The notes under the pieces: model-generated | Told to the model about the DNA's origin: nothing | Databases searched by the model: none | Seen by the model: the letters and a program-made list of their open reading frames with translations, nothing else | Part shown: piece after piece, positions 35,759 through 43,855 of the stretch | How positions within the stretch are numbered: position 1 is the first letter of the stretch | Layout: each line of letters starts with the position of its first letter | Sequence record: OZ035753.1 | Strand: one strand, 5' to 3' | DNA: 45,099 nt | Origin: Dhillonvirus LF50P3 | Program-made: the position numbers and the translations under genes

Positions 35759-35946
35759 TATTCCACCCTTGAAAATTGAGCAATGTAATAATCGTGTTCA
35801 ACATTGGCCCGCTTCGCGGCTTCGTTCATGGTCGGGGCGAGTTCGCAGGCTTGCGTCCAGCAACGAATACAGTCCACATTCATAACAATTTCCGGTTGCT
35901 CGTCGCCGGTGATACGGCAACGAAATAAAACAAAGAATATAGCCAT

Positions 35947-36198
35947 TTATTTTGTCTCCCAGCGATCAATTGTTTTTGCTTCGGATGCAACTGCGAAGCG
36001 AACATATTCCAGATTGGAATCCGCCCAAATATAAAAGTCGGGATTAATAAAGGTGGTGCGCTTAATTTGCGCGGGGGTATTGCGGCGTTTGTCTATTACG
36101 GCAACGCGTGACTGAAAATTGCCGATGCGTTCGAATAGCCAATAATATGGGCGCTGGTCGCGGGAGTCCACCGCCTCGATTAGCGTGAAGCGTGCCAT
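35947..36198 (-). CDS. hypothetical protein
   Basis: 83-aa ORF in the minus-strand early block; no motif. Confidence 0.4.
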   Translation of the reverse strand: MARFTLIEAVDSRDQRPYYWLFERIGNFQSRVAVIDKRRNTPAQIKRTTFINPDFYIWADSNLEYVRFAVASEAKTIDRWETK

Positions 36199-36376
36199 TG
36201 TCTCGTCCTCTAAAAATAGGCCCGCAGATTAGCGGGCCGGATAATATTAATCTTCACCGCCGAGTTGTCTATAAACCTCGTCCGGGTCGTCGCCTCTTTC
36301 TTCGCAGAAGGCGGTGAATGCCGCCCAATTTTCCGCTATGAAATCGAGCATGATTCTCATTTCATAGTCCATGATA

Positions 36377-36895
36377 TTAATCTTCCAGTTCGAAATAAGT
36401 TTCGACGATTTCTTTTAGCTCTTTGTGGAAGTCTTCGACGTCGTCATCTTCCAGCTTAGCGATTGATTTGATCTCGAACGATTCCAGCAGGTCGTCGAAT
36501 TCATCGTTCGCATCGTCGTCATCGCCACCGGCGATAATCGCGGCATACTGCTTGATTTCGTCGCGCATTTCTGCCAGCGGATCGGCATCTTTCTTACCTT
36601 TGCCTTTCGCCGGTGCTTTTTTAGACTTAGCCGGTTTTTCGTCTTCTGCGTCTTCGTCGTCGTCATCTTCTACGACTTCTTTTTTGGCCTTACCCTTCGC
36701 CGGTGCTTTTTTAGCTTTAGCCGGTTTTTCGTCTTCGGCGTCATCGTCGTCATCTTCGGCAACTTCTTTTTTGGCCTTAGACGGCTTCTTGTCTTCCTGT
36801 TTACCAACGGCAGCGCCAACGGTTTCATAATGCTTTGCAATGGTTTCCAGTGCTACTACGCCGCGAGTGATCAGGTTTACGATTTGCTCAAACAT
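36377..36895 (-). CDS. acidic repeat protein
   Basis: 172-aa ORF from MFEQIVNLITRG with RBS GGAGAT; contains two copies of a Lys/Ala-rich plus poly-Asp/Glu unit (KKPSKAKKEVAEDDDDDAEDEKPAKAKKAPAKGKAKKEVVEDDDDEDAEDEKPAKSKKAPAKGKGKK) from a DNA tandem repeat, then a very acidic C-terminus. The listed start at 37075 runs into the intergenic region and was trimmed. Confidence 0.55.
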   Translation of the reverse strand: MFEQIVNLITRGVVALETIAKHYETVGAAVGKQEDKKPSKAKKEVAEDDDDDAEDEKPAKAKKAPAKGKAKKEVVEDDDDEDAEDEKPAKSKKAPAKGKGKKDADPLAEMRDEIKQYAAIIAGGDDDDANDEFDDLLESFEIKSIAKLEDDDVEDFHKELKEIVETYFELED

Positions 36896-37132
36896 GGTAT
36901 ATCTCCGATTGGTTAAGTTTAGGTGTCGGCAGTTAACTTCGTCGGTGGCCTTAACATATTGCCAGGTTACGCGTTCTCCCGTTCGGGTAGTGGACCTGGT
37001 TATATAATCACGGTTGGGAATCCTGACACTTCGATCCGGCCCCTGCGTTGCCCCTCTCCAGTTTGCGTCCTGCATCCTGTCGACGGGGGGAATAATAGAT
37101 TGGTTGCAGGATGGGTGTCAACAACTAATTTC

Positions 37133-37167
37133 AAAAAAAAAGCGCCGAGGCAAAATGCGACGGCGCT
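37133..37167 (-). terminator. orphan minus-strand intrinsic terminator in a divergent intergenic region
   Basis: Plus strand shows A9 then AGCGCCG-aggcaaaatgcga-CGGCGCT; on the minus strand this is a 7-bp GC-rich stem followed by U9. No minus-strand CDS ends here. Confidence 0.55.
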
Positions 37168-37237
37168 AACCAATAAGAGACAATGAGACGGGAATTATTA
37201 TTACACGCGTGCGCGCCCGTTTCAATATCCAAAGGAT

Positions 37238-37266
37238 TTGACACAGTGCAGTTTTGGGTGTAGTTT
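37238..37266 (+). promoter_or_regulatory. sigma70-like promoter candidate for the HTH gene
   Basis: Consensus -35 TTGACA, 17-nt spacer, -10-like TAGTTT; about 30 nt upstream of the ATG at 37298 with RBS GAGGG. Confidence 0.4.
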
Positions 37267-37297
37267 CGTTGGTCATTAACCAACTGAGGGCAGAGCA

Positions 37298-37627
37298 ATG
37301 AATGTAAACGACGCAATCGAAATGTTAACGAAGACTGTTTGCAGTGAGACAAGCCGGTCATGGGCATATACCGATGCCGTGGGGGCTGTGTTATTTGAAA
37401 TCGAACGACTGCGGCTTACCGAAAAAGAATTGCGCGCCAGGCTGGAACTACTCAACGGTACAGCAGCAAGCAAGCTGCAAAAACACAATGAAGAAATGGA
37501 AGAATACAAAAAGCAGGTTATCCGTTTGCGCGCCGAGGGCAAATCTTGGGCGATGATTGCCGAGTTGACCGGAATTAATCAGAGCACAGTGCGCTCCTGG
37601 GTACGCAATAATAAAACTTCTAAGTAA
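37298..37627 (+). CDS. small helix-turn-helix DNA-binding protein (putative transcriptional regulator)
   Basis: 109-aa ORF; coiled-coil-like middle and C-terminal HTH-like segment KSWAMIAELTGINQSTVRSWVRN; first gene of the right-hand plus-strand block. Confidence 0.6.
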   Translation: MNVNDAIEMLTKTVCSETSRSWAYTDAVGAVLFEIERLRLTEKELRARLELLNGTAASKLQKHNEEMEEYKKQVIRLRAEGKSWAMIAELTGINQSTVRSWVRNNKTSK

Positions 37628-37637
37628 GGCCACGGCA

Positions 37638-39902
37638 ATGAGCTTGATTAAATTCGCTATAACAAAACCCGCTAAAAAAGGCGAAAAAGCCAGGGCGGAA
37701 AACTTCCAGATGACGACCGATGAGTTTTTCGAATTTATCAAAGATGCGAAAGAAATCTCCTCGGTGCATATCAACAAGACGGAAGATAAAGCCGAGTATG
37801 CGCGCCGCAAGCGTAAGGCCGATGGCATCGTGGCGTATACCAGTGACGGATTGCGTCGTAAGACCAGTGCGGTGGACCGCTCGATCCTGTTCTTTGATAT
37901 TGACCGCACCGACACCCGCACCCTGCGCCGCTGCCGTAAGGCGTTCATCGACGCGGGACTGGAGCACGTCTTCCACACCACTACCGGCGACCGCCACCCG
38001 CTGAAAGGCGGCACGCGTTGCGCTCGTTTCCTGGTGCTCACTGACAAGCCTGTACCGGCGGAAGACCTGGGCCGCGTCCAGTATGCACTATTACACCAAC
38101 TGGGCCTGTCAGATGTGGACTTCGACGATTGCACGAAAGACACAAACCGCCTTATGTACCTGCCTCACCAGCAATCGGTTGTTAAGTGTCACTACGGCAA
38201 ACGCGCCCGCGTCCGTCGTCTTCTTCGCCTGGCTGATAAGCTGGGAGTGGAAAAAGAGGAAGTACGCCGCGAACTAACCCAGGGCGATGACGGCGTGGCG
38301 GACGGTATTCTGGATTGGTGCTTCCAGGCGGGATTCGAACCGCTGTCGTCCGGTCGTGGTTATGAAGTGCCGTGCCCTAACGAACACCTGCATAGCGGCG
38401 AAGGGTCAACCGCTATCATGGTTAAGGATGGCGAGATCCGTTTCAAGTGTATGCACACCGGCAACGAGTGTTGCTCGGAACTGAATAGACACCAGCACCT
38501 GGCGCTACGTCTTATCGGGATCCCGGACCACCTGAACGTCGAACCGCACAACATGTCACGTAAGCAAATCGCCGCCATCCTTCCGGGACTGGACGATGAG
38601 GAAGTGGAATCGTGCTACGAACATATCGTTGATGCGGTCGGAGACGGCGACGAGTACGGCGTATGTACAGATGCAGACCTGGACAACGAGCCGGTTGCTC
38701 TGTTCAGTAAGCACGACCCGATCATCGAGGGGCTGATTAACTTCAAATCGACCTGGTATCTGGCTGGCGAGTCGAACATCGGTAAATCGTTCTACGTGCT
38801 GGGCCAGATGGCGTCAGTATCTGCCGGTATTCCGTTCGGCGGCGCGAAGGTCGTCCAGTCTCATTGCTTCTATTTCGACGCGGAAGGTGGCGAAGCCTCC
38901 AACCAGCGTAAGGAGGCATTGCAGATTAAATATGAGCACGACCTGGACAAGCTGCACATTATCGATCTGCAATCACGCGGCTGGGATATCACCAGCAAAT
39001 CCGGCTTGCGTGAAGTTATCAGCTTCATCAACCGCACCGCTAACGGCGAGCCGGTTGGCCTGGTGGCGTTCGACTCACTCAACCAGACTGTTGCGCTGCG
39101 GTCCGCCGATGCAAAACCGTTCGACGAGAACAACGCCAGCGATATGGGCGAAGTGGTCAAAGCGCTGAAGGCCATTGCGGAAAATACAGGCGGCAGTGCG
39201 GGCGTCATCCACCACCCGGCGAAAGGTGCAAACGGCAGCAGATCCCCCCGCGGGTCCGGCGCGCTGCATGGTGCTGTTGATTCTGCGTTCTTCCTGGAGC
39301 AACCGGACGACAACCAGCCAGGCCAATTGAACCTGTATCACGAAAAGGCACGTAACGGCATCAAGCAAGCGCCGCGCGGCTTCGTCCTGCTCAAGTGCAA
39401 GGTTAAGGTGGATCTCCGCAAGTCCGAAGCGTTCGAAGCCCACCAGTCCACCAGCGCCGGGCCAGACTTCGGCGATGTGGTTGCCGGTTGGGACGTCAAG
39501 CCGATTGCATCCACGCCACGCGACGAGACTCTGTACCTCGTACCGGTCGCCCTGGCACCGTTCGCTATTGAACAGGCGAAGGCTGCGGGCAAAGCAGCAG
39601 TTAAGGAAGAGAACGCCGCAGGGCCGCGCAACGAAAAAGAGAAAGTGCTTTATGCAGCACTGGAAAAACTGATGGAAGATAACCCGGACCATACCGGATT
39701 CAGCAAATCGGCAATTGTCCGCCAGGCTGGGCTTGCGAAAGGTGGCACATCTACGAAGGCAATAGACGATATGGTCGAGCGCGGCGTGCTTGGGTTTTAC
39801 ACAGACCCACACACCGGGGCCATCTATGGGTCGTCTAATATCGTCATCAAAACGAACATACCCATCACGCTTTCGGCTACCGATGACGACCTGAAAGATT
39901 AA
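37638..39902 (+). CDS. DNA primase/helicase fusion
   Basis: 754-aa ORF: N-terminal primase-like region with acidic cluster LFFDIDRTD, a Cys/His cluster (CPNEHLH...CMHTGNECC) and a C-terminal RecA/DnaB-like ATPase with Walker A GESNIGKS and Walker B-like LVAFDSL. Confidence 0.8.
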   Translation: MSLIKFAITKPAKKGEKARAENFQMTTDEFFEFIKDAKEISSVHINKTEDKAEYARRKRKADGIVAYTSDGLRRKTSAVDRSILFFDIDRTDTRTLRRCRKAFIDAGLEHVFHTTTGDRHPLKGGTRCARFLVLTDKPVPAEDLGRVQYALLHQLGLSDVDFDDCTKDTNRLMYLPHQQSVVKCHYGKRARVRRLLRLADKLGVEKEEVRRELTQGDDGVADGILDWCFQAGFEPLSSGRGYEVPCPNEHLHSGEGSTAIMVKDGEIRFKCMHTGNECCSELNRHQHLALRLIGIPDHLNVEPHNMSRKQIAAILPGLDDEEVESCYEHIVDAVGDGDEYGVCTDADLDNEPVALFSKHDPIIEGLINFKSTWYLAGESNIGKSFYVLGQMASVSAGIPFGGAKVVQSHCFYFDAEGGEASNQRKEALQIKYEHDLDKLHIIDLQSRGWDITSKSGLREVISFINRTANGEPVGLVAFDSLNQTVALRSADAKPFDENNASDMGEVVKALKAIAENTGGSAGVIHHPAKGANGSRSPRGSGALHGAVDSAFFLEQPDDNQPGQLNLYHEKARNGIKQAPRGFVLLKCKVKVDLRKSEAFEAHQSTSAGPDFGDVVAGWDVKPIASTPRDETLYLVPVALAPFAIEQAKAAGKAAVKEENAAGPRNEKEKVLYAALEKLMEDNPDHTGFSKSAIVRQAGLAKGGTSTKAIDDMVERGVLGFYTDPHTGAIYGSSNIVIKTNIPITLSATDDDLKD

Positions 39903-39977
39903 ATCCTGCGCGCATTGGTTGCCGATATGGGAATTCCCATATCGCTAAATGGTTAAATTTTGCGCGCATTGGTTGCC
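39901..39977. repeat. 23-bp direct repeats flanking a perfect 22-bp palindrome
   Basis: AAATCCTGCGCGCATTGGTTGCC (39901–39923) and AAATTTTGCGCGCATTGGTTGCC (39955–39977); between them CGATATGGGAATTCCCATATCG (39923–39944) is its own reverse complement; a third partial copy GTATTGGTTGCCG at 40001–40013. Confidence 0.7.
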
Positions 39978-40062
39978 ATTTTGAGTGTTTTTATCAGGTC
40001 GTATTGGTTGCCGTGTAGTGTGAATATAGTGAATAGTTATGCAGTTTTGTTGCATAAAGTAA

Positions 40063-40219
40063 GCGGGACAGAAAGCGGGACAAACAAGGGGCGGGACAAA
40101 GCGGGACAGCACCCCCGTCCCGCCCCGGATGGCGCGGCCTGGAGAGGAGCGGGACAGGCGGGACAACCCCCAGTCTTTCAGACTAGACGGGGGTCAATGG
40201 CCCCCCTCGTCTGAGACTG
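40063..40219. repeat. CGGGAC(A) motif array and long stem-loop (copy 2)
   Basis: GCGGGACA at 40063, 40075, 40091, 40101, 40149 and 40158, then the hairpin CAGTCTTTCAGACTAGACGGGGGTCAATGGCCCCCCTCGTCTGAGACTG (40171–40219); near-identical to 11576–11737. Confidence 0.7.
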
Positions 40220-40379
40220 AATAAAATCCGGGGATTGCAAAACACACGGCAGCATGATGCGAAGTTCGGTCGTCGACGAACTAGGCAACCAATGCGGGTC
40301 GCATTATGCCGAGTGAAAAATGCAGTTTGCAGCCACAGCGGATAGCGATCAACTTTTTCATGCGCGTGATTAACATTGG

Positions 40380-40408
40380 TTGCACCCTACCTGGCACCCT
40401 GCTATATT
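40380..40408 (+). promoter_or_regulatory. sigma70-like promoter candidate with conserved leader
   Basis: TTGCAC (inside ATTGGTTGCAC), 17-nt spacer, TATATT, then TTGGTTGCACACCAACGTGAGGAC...ATG at 40437; the -10 and leader closely match 5797–5831 on the minus strand. Confidence 0.45.
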
Positions 40409-40436
40409 GGTTGCACACCAACGTGAGGACTGAACA

Positions 40437-40742
40437 ATGAAAGCGATTATCTGGAATTACGCAATGGCCCTGGCAAAGCTGAACGAAGCGAAAGCGCTGA
40501 ACGGCAACGTAGACCGTGCGCGCCAGTTTGCGACACTGGCATACCAGTCAATCATGTGTGCGCTAGACGATATGGACGCCAGCATGGATGACCTGGGTCC
40601 GCTGCGTAAGGCAATCCATGAATACGCGCTGGCATTCTCCCGTGAGCGCCTGGCTTATCGCTTCGGTATTGGCGAGAAGGCAGTGACAAACGTCGCCAGG
40701 ATTAAAGCCCAGCGTGAGCTATTCGCCCAGCTTGCGAAATAA
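40437..40742 (+). CDS. hypothetical protein
   Basis: 101-aa ORF with RBS GAGGAC and the promoter candidate just upstream. Confidence 0.5.
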   Translation: MKAIIWNYAMALAKLNEAKALNGNVDRARQFATLAYQSIMCALDDMDASMDDLGPLRKAIHEYALAFSRERLAYRFGIGEKAVTNVARIKAQRELFAQLAK

Positions 40743-40751
40743 GGGGCCAAA

Positions 40752-41021
40752 ATGGGACGTAGACGAGCAAAACAGCTTTCGTGGCATATTCCCCTGCATT
40801 GCATACGAATATGGGCTAAGAATGCGACTGAGGGCGATTCTGTATTCTGGTGCTATCGCGATGACGTAAAGCCACTGACGCAGACTCGCTACTTACACCA
40901 GTTCGCAGCACAACACGATTTCAGGGTGCGGACTTCCTTGCAACCAATGGGAATACGTATTACATTACGCCAGAAGCCCGCCATTGAGCGGGTGGGCAAA
41001 CACTGGAGACTGAGCAAATGA
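40752..41021 (+). CDS. hypothetical protein
   Basis: 89-aa ORF with RBS AAGGGG; ends in the repeated junction GGAGACTGAGCAAATGA. Confidence 0.5.
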   Translation: MGRRRAKQLSWHIPLHCIRIWAKNATEGDSVFWCYRDDVKPLTQTRYLHQFAAQHDFRVRTSLQPMGIRITLRQKPAIERVGKHWRLSK

Positions 41022-41170
41022 TCAAAGTTCAGAGCAAGGCAACCGGTCTGATTTATCTTGTGGTGTGGGAGGGGAACGGAAGCGTAACGCTCATGCACCC
41101 AAAAACCAAATCACGCCACACTATCAGCCAATTTACCCTGAACCAGAACTATCGGAGACTGAGCAAATGA
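41018..41170 (+). CDS. hypothetical small protein
   Basis: 50-aa ORF bounded at both ends by the repeated junction motif, which supplies RBS, ATG and the overlapping upstream stop. Confidence 0.4.
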   Translation: MIKVQSKATGLIYLVVWEGNGSVTLMHPKTKSRHTISQFTLNQNYRRLSK

Positions 41171-41319
41171 CACCAATGCAAAGAGCGCTAATGGCGGGAT
41201 TCTCGCAGAAGTTTATTTCGGTAGACGCCTGCATAGCTGATTATGAGATGGACGGCATCGCTACGGTATGCGATGGCGACTATAAGACTGTTGACGAGAT
41301 TGAGGAGACTGAGCAATGA
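41167..41319 (+). CDS. hypothetical small acidic protein
   Basis: 50-aa ORF starting at the second junction ATG and ending in the third junction; the listed 41065 start ignores the junction RBS. Confidence 0.4.
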   Translation: MTPMQRALMAGFSQKFISVDACIADYEMDGIATVCDGDYKTVDEIEETEQ

Positions 41320-41870
41320 GATTACTATTCCGCCGCAAATCAGACGGGCGCATACTGAAGCCGATCCAGACCCTGGATTCCTACGTCCGCTTGCACCACG
41401 CGGCAAGCGATCGGGTATTCCGCGCATCGAAGGGCACATTGCCGCAGTTCTTCGAAGTCCTCACACACGATATTGAGCGCGGCGATGTGTTGCGTGATAT
41501 TCGCGACGGGCAATTGTGGGTCGTGGAGCACACCTCCCAGCACGGCTTGCGGTTGAAGTCCGGTATCTTGTTGAAGGGGATGACGTACTTCGGCCTCGTA
41601 AATTACGAGCGAGTGGGTCGCAAATACAGCCTTCGGGACCGCCAGCCTCATGAGCGCGTGGAGTTCCGCAAGTCGCAGCCCGCGTATGCCACTTACGACG
41701 CGAGCAAAGTGATGGAGCCGATCCGCCAGGCCACGCGTGAGATAGTCAATCGCTTTGATGCCGTGACGAATGCACAGCGCCAGGCGCGGGAATACGGTGT
41801 GGGATTTATCCGTGTCGAACCAGACGGCAGCATGAAGGCCATCGACCCGCGCTCGGTGATTCTGAAATGA
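41316..41870 (+). CDS. hypothetical protein
   Basis: 184-aa ORF starting at the third junction ATG; no motif. Confidence 0.5.
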   Translation: MRLLFRRKSDGRILKPIQTLDSYVRLHHAASDRVFRASKGTLPQFFEVLTHDIERGDVLRDIRDGQLWVVEHTSQHGLRLKSGILLKGMTYFGLVNYERVGRKYSLRDRQPHERVEFRKSQPAYATYDASKVMEPIRQATREIVNRFDAVTNAQRQAREYGVGFIRVEPDGSMKAIDPRSVILK

Positions 41871-42089
41871 GTGCGTCTATCCGTGATATGCTCATGCACA
41901 ACCGCTTTGAGATAGGCGGTCGGGTGTTTCGCAATTACTTCGTGGCGCGTGCATGGGCGCGCCATATTGGCAAACCGGAAGGGGCAATTCGATGCTATAC
42001 GTCTTCGCGGTAGTATGTGGCGGTAGTCTGGCAGCCCTGGTGCTGTTGGCGGCTGTTATTAGTCTGGTTAAATACCTATGGAGCAGATT

Positions 42090-42377
42090 ATGATTCATGA
42101 TGTGATTTATTGGTTTGGTATGGCCAGCATGTTATGCCTGGTTACGGGAGTGCTGGGCGCAATATGGGTATTCCTGGTATGGCCCGCCGTGGAAGCTGCC
42201 AGCATTACCCGGATGACGTTCCAGATATACAAGCGCCGCGGGATCACGGAGCACCCGACCAGGTTGCGCATGTGGTGGCTGTGGTATCGCGATATGATCG
42301 GCGGGCGAATGTTCGAGGCCGTCCGATCGGAAGGGTGGGAGTGGAAAGGCGTCGGCAAGTGGTCCATTTTCGATTAA
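42090..42377 (+). CDS. hypothetical membrane protein
   Basis: ORF with hydrophobic N-terminal helices (WFGMASMLCLVTGVLGAIWVFLVW); alternative start at 42078; followed by a strong terminator. Confidence 0.45.
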   Translation: MIHDVIYWFGMASMLCLVTGVLGAIWVFLVWPAVEAASITRMTFQIYKRRGITEHPTRLRMWWLWYRDMIGGRMFEAVRSEGWEWKGVGKWSIFD

Positions 42378-42395
42378 TTATGCAAGCGTGATATA

Positions 42396-42429
42396 GTCCC
42401 AGTGAGCTAAAACTTACTGGGACTTTTTT
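42396..42429 (+). terminator. intrinsic terminator upstream of the lysis cassette
   Basis: GTCCCAGTGAG...CTTACTGGGAC long stem-loop followed by TTTTTT; the holin ATG follows at 42430. Confidence 0.65.
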
Positions 42430-42720
42430 ATGGATAAGCTAAACGAGTGGTTATTTGCCCTCGCATGTCTGGCAGGCGGCTTCGTAGGCGCACGCATTCA
42501 TGGCGAGGCTACGAAAGGCCCGCTGAACTTCGTTTTATATATCGTAGTTGGCTTCCTGTGCGCCGTATTTGGTGCGCCAGCTATCGCCGAGTGGGCGGGC
42601 TTATCGGGCGAGCGCACTGTCGCCGGTTTGGGCTTCGTAACTGCAATCTTCTGGATGCCAATAGCCGCCCGGATCAGGGAGACTATTGAGTCGTTCCGAC
42701 TTCCGGGGGGCGCAAAATGA
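42430..42720 (+). CDS. holin (putative, three predicted transmembrane helices)
   Basis: 96-aa ORF with three hydrophobic segments and a charged C-terminus; first gene of a holin-holin-endolysin arrangement. Confidence 0.6.
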   Translation: MDKLNEWLFALACLAGGFVGARIHGEATKGPLNFVLYIVVGFLCAVFGAPAIAEWAGLSGERTVAGLGFVTAIFWMPIAARIRETIESFRLPGGAK

Positions 42721-42962
42721 TTATCTCCGTCCTGTTGTTTGTTATCATAGGGGCTTCGTCCCTGTTTAACGTGTATGCGCCGTCCGTCCAGGATGGCATT
42801 TTAGGCCGGGTGTTATATCTGCTAACGGCGATGATCTGCGTTATCGGATTGTTGCAAACAGGAGACGTATCTGACACCACCTGGACCGCGTTAATCTGGC
42901 TGTTTGCATTGCGCACGCTGCGTAATGCTGTTTTGAATGGGGTAAAACATGCGATTCAGTGA
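42717..42962 (+). CDS. second holin-like or antiholin-like membrane protein
   Basis: 81-aa ORF overlapping the holin stop; two or three hydrophobic helices; directly upstream of the endolysin. Confidence 0.45.
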   Translation: MIISVLLFVIIGASSLFNVYAPSVQDGILGRVLYLLTAMICVIGLLQTGDVSDTTWTALIWLFALRTLRNAVLNGVKHAIQ

Positions 42963-43440
42963 CAACGGTCTAAGATTTACGGCAGCATGGGAGGCTTTCA
43001 GCCCGGTGCCGTATTTCGCGACCAAGAAAGAGCAGGCCCGCGGCCTGTACACATGGGGTTATGGTCATACCGGCACTAATCCTCCTCGAAGCATTACCCG
43101 CGAGGAAGCGCTGGCACTGCTCAAGCGCGATGTGGCGTATGCTGAGGACTGGGTGAACAAATACGCACATCCGAGCATTAACCAGGCGCAATTCGACGCG
43201 CTGGTGGACCTGGTAATCAACGCCGGTCAGGGTCCGATCGTACCGGACCATATCGCTAATGACTTCGATGATGCGGTGCGCCTGGGTGACTGGGCGAAGG
43301 TCCGTGCTACTCTGCCGCAGTTCCGCAAGCAAGGCGGGGAAGTGCTTAAGGGTCTGGTCCGTCGAGCAATTGGCAGACAGGCGTTGTTTGATGGTAAGCA
43401 GTGGGACGTTGCCGAGCGAATCGGGCGTAACGCAGCATAA
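42949..43440 (+). CDS. endolysin, phage lysozyme-like (GH24-type)
   Basis: 163-aa ORF with the lysozyme-family signature around EAFSPVPYFATKKEQARGLYTWGYGHTG (compare the G-x-x-T-I-G-Y-G-H motif of P22/T4-type lysozymes); no signal peptide. Confidence 0.7.
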   Translation: MRFSDNGLRFTAAWEAFSPVPYFATKKEQARGLYTWGYGHTGTNPPRSITREEALALLKRDVAYAEDWVNKYAHPSINQAQFDALVDLVINAGQGPIVPDHIANDFDDAVRLGDWAKVRATLPQFRKQGGEVLKGLVRRAIGRQALFDGKQWDVAERIGRNAA

Positions 43441-43456
43441 TACGAGGTAACACAGT

Positions 43457-43618
43457 ATGTTAAAAAGCATTCTTGATCATAACGCTGACGCGCTCGCCGC
43501 GCTGGCTAAAACCGAAGACCCTGGCGCACGCGCTATCATCGCGGACACTATCAGCCATGCAGGCGTCTTTGACGCGAAGCTGCCGAGTCCGCCACCGCCG
43601 GAAGAGCCAGAAGTGTAA
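43457..43618 (+). CDS. hypothetical small protein
   Basis: 53-aa ORF with RBS GAGG, proline-rich acidic C-terminus; followed by a terminator. Confidence 0.4.
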   Translation: MLKSILDHNADALAALAKTEDPGARAIIADTISHAGVFDAKLPSPPPPEEPEV

Positions 43619-43625
43619 ACTACCA

Positions 43626-43650
43626 AGCCCGGATAATTCCGGGCTTTTTA
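43626..43650 (+). terminator. intrinsic terminator after the lysis block
   Basis: AGCCCGGA-taat-TCCGGGCT stem-loop followed by TTTTT. Confidence 0.7.
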
Positions 43651-43855
43651 TTGCTTGACTCGCAACCAACACAGGGGCCATACTGCAACCAATCAACTGG
43701 AGGAGTAATCAAGATGGCACGTAAAGATATTTGGGTATTAGCGATCTGGACCACCGCGGCTTTTATCGGCATGGTTATTTGCGAATTGATATAGCCCGTC
43801 GCAATACGGACCGTGGTATATTGTCCACGGTCCACTAATCAGGAATTAATTAAAT

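Noticed and set aside
36999-37008. Perfect TATAAT hexamer on the plus strand in the divergent control region.
   Set aside because: No acceptable -35 at 16–18 nt spacing (CGTTCG) and about 290 nt from the nearest plus-strand start codon; kept only as a note, since the TTGACA-N17-TAGTTT candidate at 37238–37266 is better placed.
36896-37075. N-terminal extension of the listed minus-strand ORF 36377–37075.
   Set aside because: It extends into the divergent intergenic region; an internal ATG at 36895 has a good RBS (GGAGAT), so the shorter gene was preferred.
37131-37367. Listed minus-strand 78-aa ORF overlapping the start of the HTH gene.
   Set aside because: Antisense to a well-supported gene and ending exactly at the minus-strand terminator; more consistent with a non-coding transcript than with a protein.
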